Below, piece after piece: positions 1 to 10,374 of a stretch of 64,000 nucleotides of DNA; position 1 is the first letter of the stretch, and each line of letters starts with the position of its first letter. The position numbers were made by a program, and so were the translations under genes. Source of the DNA: Planctomycetota bacterium (lineage in GTDB: Bacteria > Planctomycetota > B15-G4); contig CBDFJQ010000002.1 in NCBI GenBank assembly GCA_965248575.1, positions 1,504,001-1,568,000 on the forward strand, in the 5' to 3' direction. Under the pieces are notes generated by a model. It was given only the letters and a program-made list of their open reading frames with translations, searched no databases and was not told the DNA's origin.

Positions 1-1
1 A

Positions 2-109
2 ATCAACCGGCGTCCCATCCTTGCTCCCGCCTCCGCCACCGCCGCCGCAAGCAACGAGCAAGGCCAGGAAGCCTGCCAAGCAAGCTCGGCTCAGGTTGGA
101 TCTCGACAT
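2..109 (-). CDS. N-terminus of a predicted lipoprotein, running off the window edge
   Basis: Hand translation MSRSNLSRACLAGFLALLVAC-GGGGGGGSKDGTPVD: basic N-region, hydrophobic core, lipobox LVAC, Gly linker. GGAG Shine-Dalgarno (SD) upstream. Not in the ORF track because it is truncated. Confidence 0.7.
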   Translation of the reverse strand, partial: MSRSNLSRACLAGFLALLVACGGGGGGGSKDGTPVD

Positions 110-246
110 GGGGTCACTCCACAAGATCGGGGCACAGCGGGCACGAACGTCCCAGCAGCCCGTCTTCGAGCAAGCGCTCGAAGGGGTCGAAATGGCTGCC
201 TGTTCGTTCGGGGTCTTCGGGGTCCTCAAAACGGCGTGAACTCCGT

Positions 247-1341
247 TCAGCGTACCTTTTCATTGCCGTTCCCGCTTCGACGAACGGGCGGCTGGGAGAC
301 TGACAATCCCAGGGCGATCCGCAACATTTGACGCTGGGCTGTGTCGATCGGTGCGAGCACATCCGCCGCTGCCCCACCCGTGAGACCGAGCGCGGCGGAG
401 ATCCGGGCCCGGAGAGCGGGCACACCTGCCCCAGTTTCCCCTGAAACCCCTGGTACCGCAGGGTTTCCATCCATATGAGCCCGGCCTCCAAGCCCGGCGG
501 CGAGATCGGCCTTGCCGCGCACACGCAGCACAGCCACCCCTGCCTCCAAGCCCGTCAGGGGTGGGTCCTGCCCGGAATTCACGAGCTGAATCAGCAGGTC
601 AGCTCCCGGCCGCTTGGCCTCCTCGGCGGAGCCCCCCTCGGTATCCTCGAGCGTGAGCTCGACTCCATCGAGCTGGATCCGCGCCGAGACCGTGTCCCTG
701 GTCGTCCCCGCCACGGGGGAAACGAGGGCCCGGGGCTCCAAGAGCAGCGCGTTGAACAGCGTGCTCTTGCCAGCGTTTGGGGTGCCCACCAGCCGTACGG
801 TGGGCGCTGTCGCCAATCGATCAGCGAGGCGAGCGTGGGCCAGGACGCCCTGTGCGCGCCGGGCCAAGACGGGATTCAACGAGCCCCCGGGGTGCCCGCC
901 CAGGAACTCGTGGATGGCGGCGACCAGAGCGTGGACGTGACCGTGTCGCGCACTGGCCCATGCCCTGCAGGCGCGGAGGCTTGTGGGTGCCGGTCCATGC
1001 AGCGCCTGACGGCCGTCCACGGGCGAGCTAGCCCGCCGCCCCAGAGCCCCCCGCGCGGCCTCCAGCAGAGACGTCTCGACCCGGGACTGCACACCAGGAC
1101 TTCCGTGCACATGGAGCTCCACGCCGGAGACCACCCCGAGGGCGATCACATCGTCGAGAACTTCACCACCCACACACAGTCGCGCACGGAGGAAACACTC
1201 GGGATCGGGCCACGACACGGGTCGGCCTTGCGCATCGACCAGCGTGACGTGCTCAAAGTCGGAGCTCGATGGAGTCGGCCGCAACTGCAGCACGGCCACG
1301 GCACCCTGGCCCCGCGGAGTGAGCAGACGCACGTCGGCCAC
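247..1341 (-). CDS. MnmE/TrmE-like GTPase, shortened and divergent
   Basis: TrmE N-terminal motif LLTPRGQGAVAVL...LDDVI...VELHVHGSP; G1 GTPNAGKS; G2 SPVAGTTRD. Lacks the C-terminal FCxGK motif. Confidence 0.75.
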   Translation of the reverse strand: MADVRLLTPRGQGAVAVLQLRPTPSSSDFEHVTLVDAQGRPVSWPDPECFLRARLCVGGEVLDDVIALGVVSGVELHVHGSPGVQSRVETSLLEAARGALGRRASSPVDGRQALHGPAPTSLRACRAWASARHGHVHALVAAIHEFLGGHPGGSLNPVLARRAQGVLAHARLADRLATAPTVRLVGTPNAGKSTLFNALLLEPRALVSPVAGTTRDTVSARIQLDGVELTLEDTEGGSAEEAKRPGADLLIQLVNSGQDPPLTGLEAGVAVLRVRGKADLAAGLGGRAHMDGNPAVPGVSGETGAGVPALRARISAALGLTGGAAADVLAPIDTAQRQMLRIALGLSVSQPPVRRSGNGNEKVR

Positions 1342-1346
1342 CGCGC

Positions 1347-2234
1347 TCAGCCAGCGTCCGTGGTTCGGGCGGACCGGTCCCTGTCAGCCCACGCCCGAAT
1401 CCCACGATGGACCAGGGCCGCATCCCAGCGGCCTGTCGAGGAGTGACAACTCGCCTCCAACCAGGCCTGCCCCCAGCCTCCGGTGACCACGAGTCGAACT
1501 TCCGTCGTTTCAGCCCCTCCTGGCGACGCGGTCAGCGAAAGATGCGCCAGTGCCTGGCGCACCAGGCACTCCACACCTCCCACCGCCATGCCCCAGGCGC
1601 CCGCTGAGACGGCCCCCACCGTCTCCCGACCAAGCACCAGGGGGACCGGTTGCCCATCGTGAGCGGGCAGCGCTGGTGCGGCGGCCTTCAAGCCAGCACT
1701 GGCGACACCGGGACCGGGCCCGATGAATCCTCCCTGGAACACTCCTCGCTCATCCACGACGTCCACGGTGACCGCCGTACCCGCATCCACGATCACGCAG
1801 GGAGCCGCCGACAAGGCGTATTCGCCCCCGGCGCTGACGGCGCCCAGAGCAGCCGCAAACCGATCCGCACCGACTGTCGTCAACAAGCGATCGTCGGCCA
1901 CATCCAGGGGAGCTCCTTGAAGCAGCGCCAACTGAATGGTTTCGCGAGCATCGCCGGTCCGGACCTCGCGCCGCCCCTGCTCGACGGGCATGCCGCTCTG
2001 TTGCTCAAGCCGTTCGGCGAGTTCATCCCACCGCTGACGAGCGACGGCGATGCCCACGGCGCGGCACGGAAGCTGCCGGTCCACGAGCAGGACCTGGGCC
2101 GCGGCGGCCGGGCTGGAGACCCGCGTCAACTCCACACCTGCCGACGTCCAACAACCGATGCCAATGGAGGAATTCCCCACATCGATACTGAGCAGCTCCG
2201 GCACCTGCTCCGCCGAATTGCCCGTCCGTGTCAC
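1347..2234 (-). CDS. coaX: Type III pantothenate kinase
   Basis: Motifs IDVGNS, GADR, IVDAGTAVTVD, GGFIGPG, VVTGG. Confidence 0.9.
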   Translation of the reverse strand: MTRTGNSAEQVPELLSIDVGNSSIGIGCWTSAGVELTRVSSPAAAAQVLLVDRQLPCRAVGIAVARQRWDELAERLEQQSGMPVEQGRREVRTGDARETIQLALLQGAPLDVADDRLLTTVGADRFAAALGAVSAGGEYALSAAPCVIVDAGTAVTVDVVDERGVFQGGFIGPGPGVASAGLKAAAPALPAHDGQPVPLVLGRETVGAVSAGAWGMAVGGVECLVRQALAHLSLTASPGGAETTEVRLVVTGGWGQAWLEASCHSSTGRWDAALVHRGIRAWADRDRSARTTDAG

Positions 2235-3259
2235 TGGTTGCCGGAGTAGATGACCGTCGTCTGCTCGACCCCCAAGCGCTGCCAGAGCACGTTGTACTGG
2301 GGCTCGTTCGGGTTGTTCTTGCCCCAGTTGATGGCCTCGGCCACGGACCCCATGGGATGTCCATTCACCGAGATGATGCGGTCCCCCGTCTTGAAGCCGA
2401 AGCGCGCCGGCATCGAGCCCGGCTTCACATCCGTGAGCTCGATGGACGACCGGCCACCGCCTGTCGGTGTCACCGCCCGTGCGTTGAGCTGGTTCTTCAG
2501 CGCATCGCCACTCTCAGCCATCTCATCTCGGTCGTTGGTGCCAATCAGGTAACTGCCGTCATCCCGGCGCAGCGTGTCGTCGGGCCACTCCCCGACGTCG
2601 GCCAGGAGGGCGTCCGTGTCCTTGAAGGTCACCTTGTCGATCGGCATTCCATCGCCGCTTGAATCCAAGCCGGGCGTCATGGGTACCTCGTCTTCACCCC
2701 ATTGGAAGATGACTTCCTGCTGGCCGATGCTCAGCACCTTGCCGAAGTAGGGCGCCGCGTCGTAGGGCTCGCGCAGCGGCTCGCCTTCGGTGAGATGGAG
2801 GCGCCGCTTCTTCACGCCGCCCTCCGCGTTCACGGCGGAGGAACCAGGACCTTCATTCGTGTACTCCACGGCGATCAGCCGGGACAGCGGGTCGGAACTC
2901 CACAACAGCATGCCCACCTGCACCACGTCCTCGATGGACTCGAGGATAACGACCTTGTTCTCCTCGGCCAGTTTGTCGGTCCCCTCGTCCAGCTTGATCA
3001 CTGGCTCCACCGAACCATCGATGCGCGCCAACCAGATCTGCTCATAGTCCGAGGCGGCGTAGGAGGTCGGGCCAGCGGTGAAGCTCTTGTCTCGGTCAAT
3101 GTCCCGATCCCGCACGATGTCGTAGTGGTCGTCATCCTTCGACTCGTAGCGCATCTCCTGGGTCTTGCCCATGTAGATGTCCCAGAACGTGTAGCCAGCG
3201 AGGAGCAGGGCCAGGAAGGCCGTCAGCCAGAGCAGGCTCTTGAGCTTGCGGATATTCAT
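2231..3259 (-). CDS. Membrane-anchored PDZ-domain protein (GspC-like architecture)
   Basis: N-terminal TM helix LLWLTAFLALLLAGYTFW; C-terminal PDZ-like VKPGSMPARFGFKTGDRIISVNG; AGGAG SD; GTGA overlap with coaX. Confidence 0.7.
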   Translation of the reverse strand: MNIRKLKSLLWLTAFLALLLAGYTFWDIYMGKTQEMRYESKDDDHYDIVRDRDIDRDKSFTAGPTSYAASDYEQIWLARIDGSVEPVIKLDEGTDKLAEENKVVILESIEDVVQVGMLLWSSDPLSRLIAVEYTNEGPGSSAVNAEGGVKKRRLHLTEGEPLREPYDAAPYFGKVLSIGQQEVIFQWGEDEVPMTPGLDSSGDGMPIDKVTFKDTDALLADVGEWPDDTLRRDDGSYLIGTNDRDEMAESGDALKNQLNARAVTPTGGGRSSIELTDVKPGSMPARFGFKTGDRIISVNGHPMGSVAEAINWGKNNPNEPQYNVLWQRLGVEQTTVIYSGNQ

Positions 3260-3626
3260 GCGAGGTCAGGCGCTCCTACGGTGAGTCATGGCGGACGCTC
3301 GAATCAGGGCTGCAGGGCCGGCAACCGAGCGCTTGCCGGGCCTTGGTGGGCCCGTGCGGCCCTCGATCGGCCCAGGAGTGTCCCGGGAGGCAACCCGCGG
3401 GGGGCCCAGGTTGCCGAGCCAGAGGACAGCATTCAACTGCAGCATGGAGGGGGACATGAGCCCTTGGACGGCGGAGGCGGCGGGCTCTTCCCGACTGCCC
3501 ACGCCTCCTCGATGGCTTGCGGCTCCAGGCCTGGGTGGGTTGAGGGCTCGGAAGGCCCGGTCAGGCCGCCAGCGCCCCATCGGGCCCGAAGCCCCTGGCA
3601 GAACCCCTGCCGACCCAGACCAGGGC

Positions 3627-4652
<1,026 letters not shown>

Positions 4653-4790
4653 CTACCACCGAAAGCGTGTGGAGCGGTCGCCCCTGCGCAGCCTTCCTTC
4701 AAGCAGCGCAGCAGTCGCGGCCGCCAGTCTCTGCCACAGGCCGCTTTGCCGGAGGCCCGGCGCAGCCGTGGAGAGCCCAGATCGCTCCGG

Positions 4791-5045
4791 TCAGGAAGCG
4801 ATGGCGATCGGGTCGATGTGCACGCGACGACGGGTGCCAAAGCGGACGACGCCATCGGTCAGCGCGAACAAGGTGTAGTCCCGACCGAGACCCACGTTGA
4901 ATCCAGGATGGAACTTCGTGCCCAACTGCCGCACGAGGATGGTTCCGGCCTTCACCGTCTGCCCACCGTAACGCTTCACACCGCGGTGCTGCGGGTTGCT
5001 GTCGCGGCCGTTGCGTGTGGAGCCCTGCCCCTTCTTATGTGCCAT
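4791..5045 (-). CDS. rpmA: 50S ribosomal protein L27
   Basis: [16 protein letters not shown]...ILVRQLGT...GRDYTLFAL. Confidence 0.98.
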   Translation of the reverse strand: MAHKKGQGSTRNGRDSNPQHRGVKRYGGQTVKAGTILVRQLGTKFHPGFNVGLGRDYTLFALTDGVVRFGTRRRVHIDPIAIAS

Positions 5046-5149
5046 GTTTTGTGTCGCCTACTTTTGAATGCTTCCGAACACGGTCCGAACTCGAGGGGAG
5101 CGCTCGAAGCTACGAGCACCCAAGCGAGCCGGCCCACAACGGAAAGGGC

Positions 5150-5452
5150 TTACTGGGAAATGGAAGTGATCTTCAAGCGGGTCAGCTTCTGACGATGTCC
5201 GGCGCGGCGCTTGTAGTCCTTGCGACGCCGAAACTTCTCCACGAGGATCTTCTTGTCGCGGAAGTGCTCGTCAACAACACCCTTAACGACAGCGCCTTCG
5301 ACCGTGGGCTTGCCGAAGGTCTGCCCTACCGCGAGCACACGATCGAAAAGCACCTCGCCGCCGGGCTCGATTTCGGGCATGTGGTCGACCACGAGCGAGT
5401 CGCCGTCATGGACGACGTACTGACGTCCGCGATCATTGATGATGGCCTGCAC
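5150..5452 (-). CDS. rplU: 50S ribosomal protein L21
   Basis: (M)QAIINDRGRQY...GKPTVEGA...KFRRRKDYKRRAGHRQKLTRLKI. GTG start at 5452 with GGAG SD is preferred over 5509. Confidence 0.95.
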   Translation of the reverse strand: MQAIINDRGRQYVVHDGDSLVVDHMPEIEPGGEVLFDRVLAVGQTFGKPTVEGAVVKGVVDEHFRDKKILVEKFRRRKDYKRRAGHRQKLTRLKITSISQ

Positions 5453-5587
5453 GGCTGCACTCCGCTGCGTGTTCTCGATTGGTTGGGCAGGAACTGCCCA
5501 GCCGCTCATTCGAGTCTTGGGTCCGCCCCACGCGGTTGCGGGGGCCGGGGTCTTCGAGCCTGCATCTTGCGGACACGAAGGCGACCC

Positions 5588-5615
5588 ATCGTACGGACGG
5601 GCCGGTGGTGGTCAA
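5588..5615 (-). promoter_or_regulatory. Candidate sigma70 promoter for rplU-rpmA-obgE
   Basis: Minus strand reads TTGACC-16 nt-TACGAT, about 135 nt upstream of rplU. Confidence 0.55.
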
Positions 5616-5661
5616 GCTGCCCCTGGGGGCCTTTCTGGGAGCCGACCCGCCTCAGGCCGGC

Positions 5662-5701
5662 CCCACGAGCCCCTCCCCAACTCCTGGGAGGGGCTCGTGG
5701 G
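5662..5701. terminator. Perfect 16-bp hairpin downstream of rne/rng (terminator or 3' stability stem)
   Basis: cccacgagcccctccc-8 nt-gggaggggctcgtggg; no clear U-tract. Confidence 0.45.
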
Positions 5702-5746
5702 CAAGAACCAGCCTGGCGACAGGGGTGCCTTGAGAGTCAGGGAGGG

Positions 5747-8359
5747 TCAGGCTCTCCGATGGTCCACGTCGTCGGGCAGATTGAGCATGGCCCGTACCTC
5801 GATGTCCTCGTAGGCCAGCCGGTGATCAGCCCGCACGAAGATCTGCTTGTGCCCCTGGGCTTCCAGCTCCACGAGCACGCCCTTCTGGGTGTTCAGCACC
5901 GCCTCGGCCACTTCCGGCCGCACGGTGACAACCAGCACCGAACCCGGGCGCCAGAGGTTCTCACGAATCTTGCGGACCGTTGCCAGGCAGGAGGTCTCGT
6001 CCGACGGAATGAAGCCGGTGCTCTCGCAGTAGGGGCACTTCTGGTGCACCGTCCGCTTGAGACTGGGCCGCACTCGCTGGCGGGTCATTTCCAGGATGCC
6101 AAAGGGGGAGAAGCGGGCGACCTTGATCCGAGCCCGATCCTTGCGCAACTCGTCCTTGAAGAGCCGCTCCAGCTGCTTGCGGTGCTTCTCGAAGCGCATG
6201 TCGATGAAGTCGAGCACCACCACGCCGCCGAGATCCCGGAGCCGGAGCTGCCGAGCAATCTCCACGGCGGCCTCGCAATTCACGAGATAGGCGGTGTCAT
6301 CGATGGTCTTGGACTTGTCCGGCTTGAAGCGCCCGGAGTTGACGTCGATCGCGACGAGAGCCTCGGTCTGCTCGATGATCAGTGAAGCGCCGGACTTCAA
6401 CTCCAGGCGACTCTCCAGCAATCGTCCCAGCTCGGTTTCGATCCCGTAGTGGCTGAAGAGGGGCTTCTCCTCCGAGTAGGTCTGAATCTTCTCGACCTTC
6501 TCGGGCATGATCTGCCCGATGAACTCGCGCGCCGTGTTGGCGGTGGCTTCATCGTCGATGACGATTTCGCCCTCACCGTCGTAGAGGTCGCGCAAGGTGC
6601 GGATCACCAAGTCGTTCTCTTGGTACAGCAGGACCGGCGCCTTGTATTCCTCAGAGCGCGTCTGCATCTGCTCCCAAAGCTTGAGCAGGTAGTCGAGGTC
6701 TCGCTGCAGGTCTTCCTGGGTCGAACCGCTGCCGGCAGTGCGCACGATGAAGCCCAGCCCCTCCGGGGCCTCGAGCTTGCTGACGATCTTCTTGAGCCGC
6801 TCGCGATCGGCGTTGTTGGTGACCTTGCGCGACACCCCCCGCTTCTGGATGCCGGGCATGAGCACGATGAAGCGGCCGGGAATCGAGAGGTAGGTGGTGA
6901 GCGTCGGACCCTTGTTGCCGATGCCGTCCTTGATGACCTGGACCACGATCTCCTGGCCCTTCTGCAGAACGTCTTCCATGGCAGGCATCTGGCGGGGATC
7001 CCGGGCGCTGCTGCGGCCACCGGACTTGCCGCTCCGGCCATTGCGCCCTCCACGACGGCCGCCACGACGACCACCGCGACGGCTGCCACGCCCGGACTCG
7101 GCTCCCCCTTCTTCGCCGCCTGAGTCATCCGACGCGGACTCATCACCGTCGGTTTCCGTTTCCGTGGCGACGCCGCCTTCATCTTCGCCTTCCTCTTCCG
7201 AGGACTTGGCTGCGGGGCGACGCCCACCGCGACGGCGACGGCCCCCGCGACGACGACGACCGCCTCTTGAGGGGGCAACCGACTCGTCCGACGCGCCCTC
7301 ACCTTCGGTGGTCTGTGCGCTGCCGTCATCGGCCGTATCGGTCGCGGCGCCTTGTTCGGTTTCCGTCGAGTCCTCGTCGCCCTTCTCGTCGCCCTGGTCC
7401 TCGGAGTCTTGGTCCGAGTCGTCATCCTCAGTCAGTTCGCCGTGCGGGACGATCTCGTCGGGGACCTCGGCCTCGGCCTCGTCCTCGTCTCCATCGGCGG
7501 ACTCGTCATCGTCCTCATCATCGTCGAGTTCGCCGACCTCGTCGCCGCGAACGACTTCGAGGCGATCGCCTGTCCATCGATCCATGACGTCATCGGGGCT
7601 GTAGGAGAACTGCTCGTCGCTCTCGGCGTCAGCGTCCTCGTCAGCGTCTTCTCCCGCGTCGTCGACCAGGTCGTCGCCCTCGTCGAGATCCAGCTGCGGC
7701 TCGTCATGATCGAGCTGCGGCTCACCACCTTCCGGGGCATCCTGATCTGCTGCAGGCTCGCTGTCGGTCTCGCTCTCCACGACGTCTTCCGCCGTCGGCT
7801 CGTCCGCTGAGTCGCTCTCGCCACCCGTCTGGATCTTGAGCTTGAACTGCGCGGGACCGTCATCCAGCCCGTTGTCACCGGCTTCGGCCTTGGCGACATC
7901 GTCCACCGCCGGTTCGGCCTGTGCCTCCGTGCTTGAGTCAGGGTCAGCCTCTTCGCCACCCTCCTTGGAACTCTGCTTCGAGTTCTTGGCCTTGGACTCG
8001 GGCTCGACCACGTCTTCGTCGTGAGCGACTTCGCGAGCGGCCTGCACCTTGGACAACAGCTCCTTCGCGTCGTCTCCGACAGCTGACATGCACAGATCGG
8101 ACACGTGCAGGAAGCCCTGCCGGCTGTGACCGAACTCGATGAAGGCCGCGCCGATGGACTTCTCGACGTTGGTGACCTTCGCCTTGTAGATGTTGCCCAA
8201 CGTGCTGCCGATGGACTGGCGCTCGATGTAGTACTCATCGAGGCGTCCCGACTGGATGATTGCTATCCGGCTCTCTTCCGGTTCGCTGGCGTTGATGAGG
8301 AGCTTGCGACCTCCTGCCCCTCCTCCACCTCCGGAACTACTTCTGCGGCGTCTTGCCAT
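5747..8359 (-). CDS. rne: Rne/Rng family ribonuclease with a large acidic insertion in the S1 domain
   Basis: GNIYKAKVTNV...GAAFIEFG...GFLHVSD; GQEIVVQVIKDGIGNKGPTLT; catalytic IDVNSG and DFIDM; Zn-link CPYC. Confidence 0.92.
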   Translation of the reverse strand: MARRRRSSSGGGGGAGGRKLLINASEPEESRIAIIQSGRLDEYYIERQSIGSTLGNIYKAKVTNVEKSIGAAFIEFGHSRQGFLHVSDLCMSAVGDDAKELLSKVQAAREVAHDEDVVEPESKAKNSKQSSKEGGEEADPDSSTEAQAEPAVDDVAKAEAGDNGLDDGPAQFKLKIQTGGESDSADEPTAEDVVESETDSEPAADQDAPEGGEPQLDHDEPQLDLDEGDDLVDDAGEDADEDADAESDEQFSYSPDDVMDRWTGDRLEVVRGDEVGELDDDEDDDESADGDEDEAEAEVPDEIVPHGELTEDDDSDQDSEDQGDEKGDEDSTETEQGAATDTADDGSAQTTEGEGASDESVAPSRGGRRRRGGRRRRGGRRPAAKSSEEEGEDEGGVATETETDGDESASDDSGGEEGGAESGRGSRRGGRRGGRRGGRNGRSGKSGGRSSARDPRQMPAMEDVLQKGQEIVVQVIKDGIGNKGPTLTTYLSIPGRFIVLMPGIQKRGVSRKVTNNADRERLKKIVSKLEAPEGLGFIVRTAGSGSTQEDLQRDLDYLLKLWEQMQTRSEEYKAPVLLYQENDLVIRTLRDLYDGEGEIVIDDEATANTAREFIGQIMPEKVEKIQTYSEEKPLFSHYGIETELGRLLESRLELKSGASLIIEQTEALVAIDVNSGRFKPDKSKTIDDTAYLVNCEAAVEIARQLRLRDLGGVVVLDFIDMRFEKHRKQLERLFKDELRKDRARIKVARFSPFGILEMTRQRVRPSLKRTVHQKCPYCESTGFIPSDETSCLATVRKIRENLWRPGSVLVVTVRPEVAEAVLNTQKGVLVELEAQGHKQIFVRADHRLAYEDIEVRAMLNLPDDVDHRRA

Positions 8360-9030
8360 GTATCGGCTCCTTGACGTCGCTCCACGGCTGCCAACTTCGT
8401 GAACACTCCGAAAACCGGAGTCTCGGCCCCCGCTTCCCGCGCCAGCTGGCTCAGTGCTTCGGCCAGGGGTCCGGGTCTGGGGGGACGTCCATCCACGGCG
8501 ATCAGATCCACGAGCAGGTGCGACTGTTCGCCGCCCTCGCCATCAAGGCCCCCACCACGGAGACTGGCCCGTACTTCGACGGTCCGTTCCCGGCGGGGAT
8601 CCTTTACGTGAAACTCATCGCGCATCAGCAATGCAGTGAGCGCGTCGGCTGCGGACTTCTCACCGGAAACCATGTCTAGGCGATAGCGGACGGTGGGCGA
8701 TTCGGCCGGGGGAGACCCTCGGCAAACGTCCACCAGACCCACGCTCTCGGGGAGCGCGGGTTCCAAGCACGCCCGGATCTGGTCCGGCGGCAAGTCCTCG
8801 TTCAGGATCAGGCGTATCCATTCGCCGGTCGAGGCCACTCCCAGCGGGAGGGCATCCGCGAACATCAACTTGATCCGTGGGTTGAATCCTTGTGTGTACT
8901 GCACGGGGATGCCGCTGCGTCGCAGCGAGCGTTCCATGAGTCGCAGGAAATCGAGCTGGCCCATAAAGCGTGCATCTCCTTGCTTGGAGATACACACGTT
9001 GATGGGGTACCGAGCGACCGCTTCGACCAT
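8263..9030 (-). CDS. TIGR03936/DUF2344 radical-SAM-associated protein
   Basis: SKQGDARFMGQLD...RSLRRSGIPVQYTQGFNPRIKLMFADALPLGVAS; usual position upstream of rne/rng. Confidence 0.85.
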   Translation of the reverse strand: MVEAVARYPINVCISKQGDARFMGQLDFLRLMERSLRRSGIPVQYTQGFNPRIKLMFADALPLGVASTGEWIRLILNEDLPPDQIRACLEPALPESVGLVDVCRGSPPAESPTVRYRLDMVSGEKSAADALTALLMRDEFHVKDPRRERTVEVRASLRGGGLDGEGGEQSHLLVDLIAVDGRPPRPGPLAEALSQLAREAGAETPVFGVFTKLAAVERRQGADTWQDAAEVVPEVEEGQEVASSSSTPANRKRAG

Positions 9031-9199
9031 GGGGTCCCGTCCGTGGCCGGCTCCGCCCCGGATCCTTTCCGGTTTTGGTGCCGCGCCAATCGCGACAGGA
9101 TAAGATCCGGGCTCTCCCAGACAAGCGCCGTCCGCTGACCAAGTGGCTCCGGTGGGACCCGGGCGGCCTCACGAGGGCTCCAAACGGGCTGCCTCTCCC

Positions 9200-9490
9200 T
9201 CAGACCTCGCCGAATCCTGCCTGCACGAGGGCTTCCAGAGCCTGGAGGGCTTCTCGAGCCTGGGTGCCCTGGGCCAGGATTTCCAGCTCGCAGCCGAGGG
9301 CGCCCTGGAGCCGCATCATGTCCAGCACGCTCGATCCGTTGGCCTCACCACCGGGCCCACGGACCCGAACGGCCACTTCGAAGCGGCTGACAGTACGCAC
9401 GAATTCGCTGATCGGACGGGCATGCAGACCCTGGGGGTTCACGATGCGAACCCGTGTGCTCAGCTCCTGATGATGACCGCCGCCGCTCAC
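9200..9490 (-). CDS. HPr/NPr phosphocarrier
   Basis: IVNPQGLHARP (phospho-His); ANGSSVLDMM (Ser46 region). Confidence 0.92.
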   Translation of the reverse strand: MSGGGHHQELSTRVRIVNPQGLHARPISEFVRTVSRFEVAVRVRGPGGEANGSSVLDMMRLQGALGCELEILAQGTQAREALQALEALVQAGFGEV

Positions 9491-9505
9491 GTGTGCAGAG
9501 GCTGC

Positions 9506-9979
9506 CTACGTCGCCCGCTCTTGAAGCACATCCAGCACGGCTTCGGGAGTCTGGGCCTGGCGCACGAAGCTGACGAAGTCGGGGTCCCGGACCGACTTGC
9601 TGATCCAGCGGAGGGTCTCGAGGTGCTCTTCGGCACGGTTTTCTGGAGAGATCAGCAACAAGAAGGCGTGAACCGGCTCGCCATCGATGGACCGAAAGTC
9701 GACGCCCTCCGCGGAGCGGGCCACGATGCCCGCCGGCTTCTTGAGGCCCGGAATTCGGGCGTGAGGGACGGCGATCCCCTTGCCGAAGGCCGTGCTGCCA
9801 CGCTGCTCACGTTCCACCAGCACTTCCAGGACCTGCTCCTTGCGCCCCTTGGGCAGCACCTTGGCCGCGATGGCGTGGCTGACCAGGGAGTCGAGGATCA
9901 TCTCCTTGGAGCCGTTGGGCAAGTCCATCAGGACCGATTCGAGGGTGAACACCTCAAGCAAGAGGGAAGGTGTGGTCAT
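9506..9979 (-). CDS. ptsN: PTS EIIA(Ntr/Fru-like)
   Basis: EREQRGSTAFGKGIAVPHAR; GVDFRSIDGEPV; lies in the rpoN operon. Confidence 0.85.
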   Translation of the reverse strand: MTTPSLLLEVFTLESVLMDLPNGSKEMILDSLVSHAIAAKVLPKGRKEQVLEVLVEREQRGSTAFGKGIAVPHARIPGLKKPAGIVARSAEGVDFRSIDGEPVHAFLLLISPENRAEEHLETLRWISKSVRDPDFVSFVRQAQTPEAVLDVLQERAT

Positions 9980-10302
9980 GGGTTCCTTTTTGGGCTTTCG
10001 CCTCGGTGGTGGTCCTTCAGGCGCTCCTTGGCCTTCACGACCTGCCGTTCCAGTTTGTCGACCACCCGGTCAATGCAGGCCATGACCGAGGAGTTGGTCG
10101 CATGCCCTACAAAATGCATGTGGTGATTTGCGGAGACAATGACCTCGACCGAGTGCTCCTCATGCTCACGGTCGAGAACGATCTCGATGTGCTGCACGCC
10201 GTCGAAGAAGCGGGTGAGCTTCTCGACCTTCTCGCGTGCGTAGTCCTTGACCGAATCGGCGTGCTGCGCATGCCGGTCCGTGAGATCGATTCGCACTGTC
10301 AT
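9976..10302 (-). CDS. hpf: Ribosome hibernation factor HPF/RaiA
   Basis: VKDYAREKVEKLTRFFD...IDRVVDKLERQVVKAKERLKDH. Confidence 0.9.
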   Translation of the reverse strand: MTVRIDLTDRHAQHADSVKDYAREKVEKLTRFFDGVQHIEIVLDREHEEHSVEVIVSANHHMHFVGHATNSSVMACIDRVVDKLERQVVKAKERLKDHHRGESPKRNP

Positions 10303-10374
10303 GCGCTTGCCCCAAGGGAGATTTCGCGGCCTCGTCTGAATCCGAAGAAAGTCGGAAGCTGACCACGATGGAGG

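Noticed and set aside
3260..3626. Possible ncRNA (e.g. 6S) or small ORF between obgE and the PDZ gene
   Set aside because: Only short GC hairpins, as expected at this GC content, and no recognisable motif. An Rfam cmscan would settle it.
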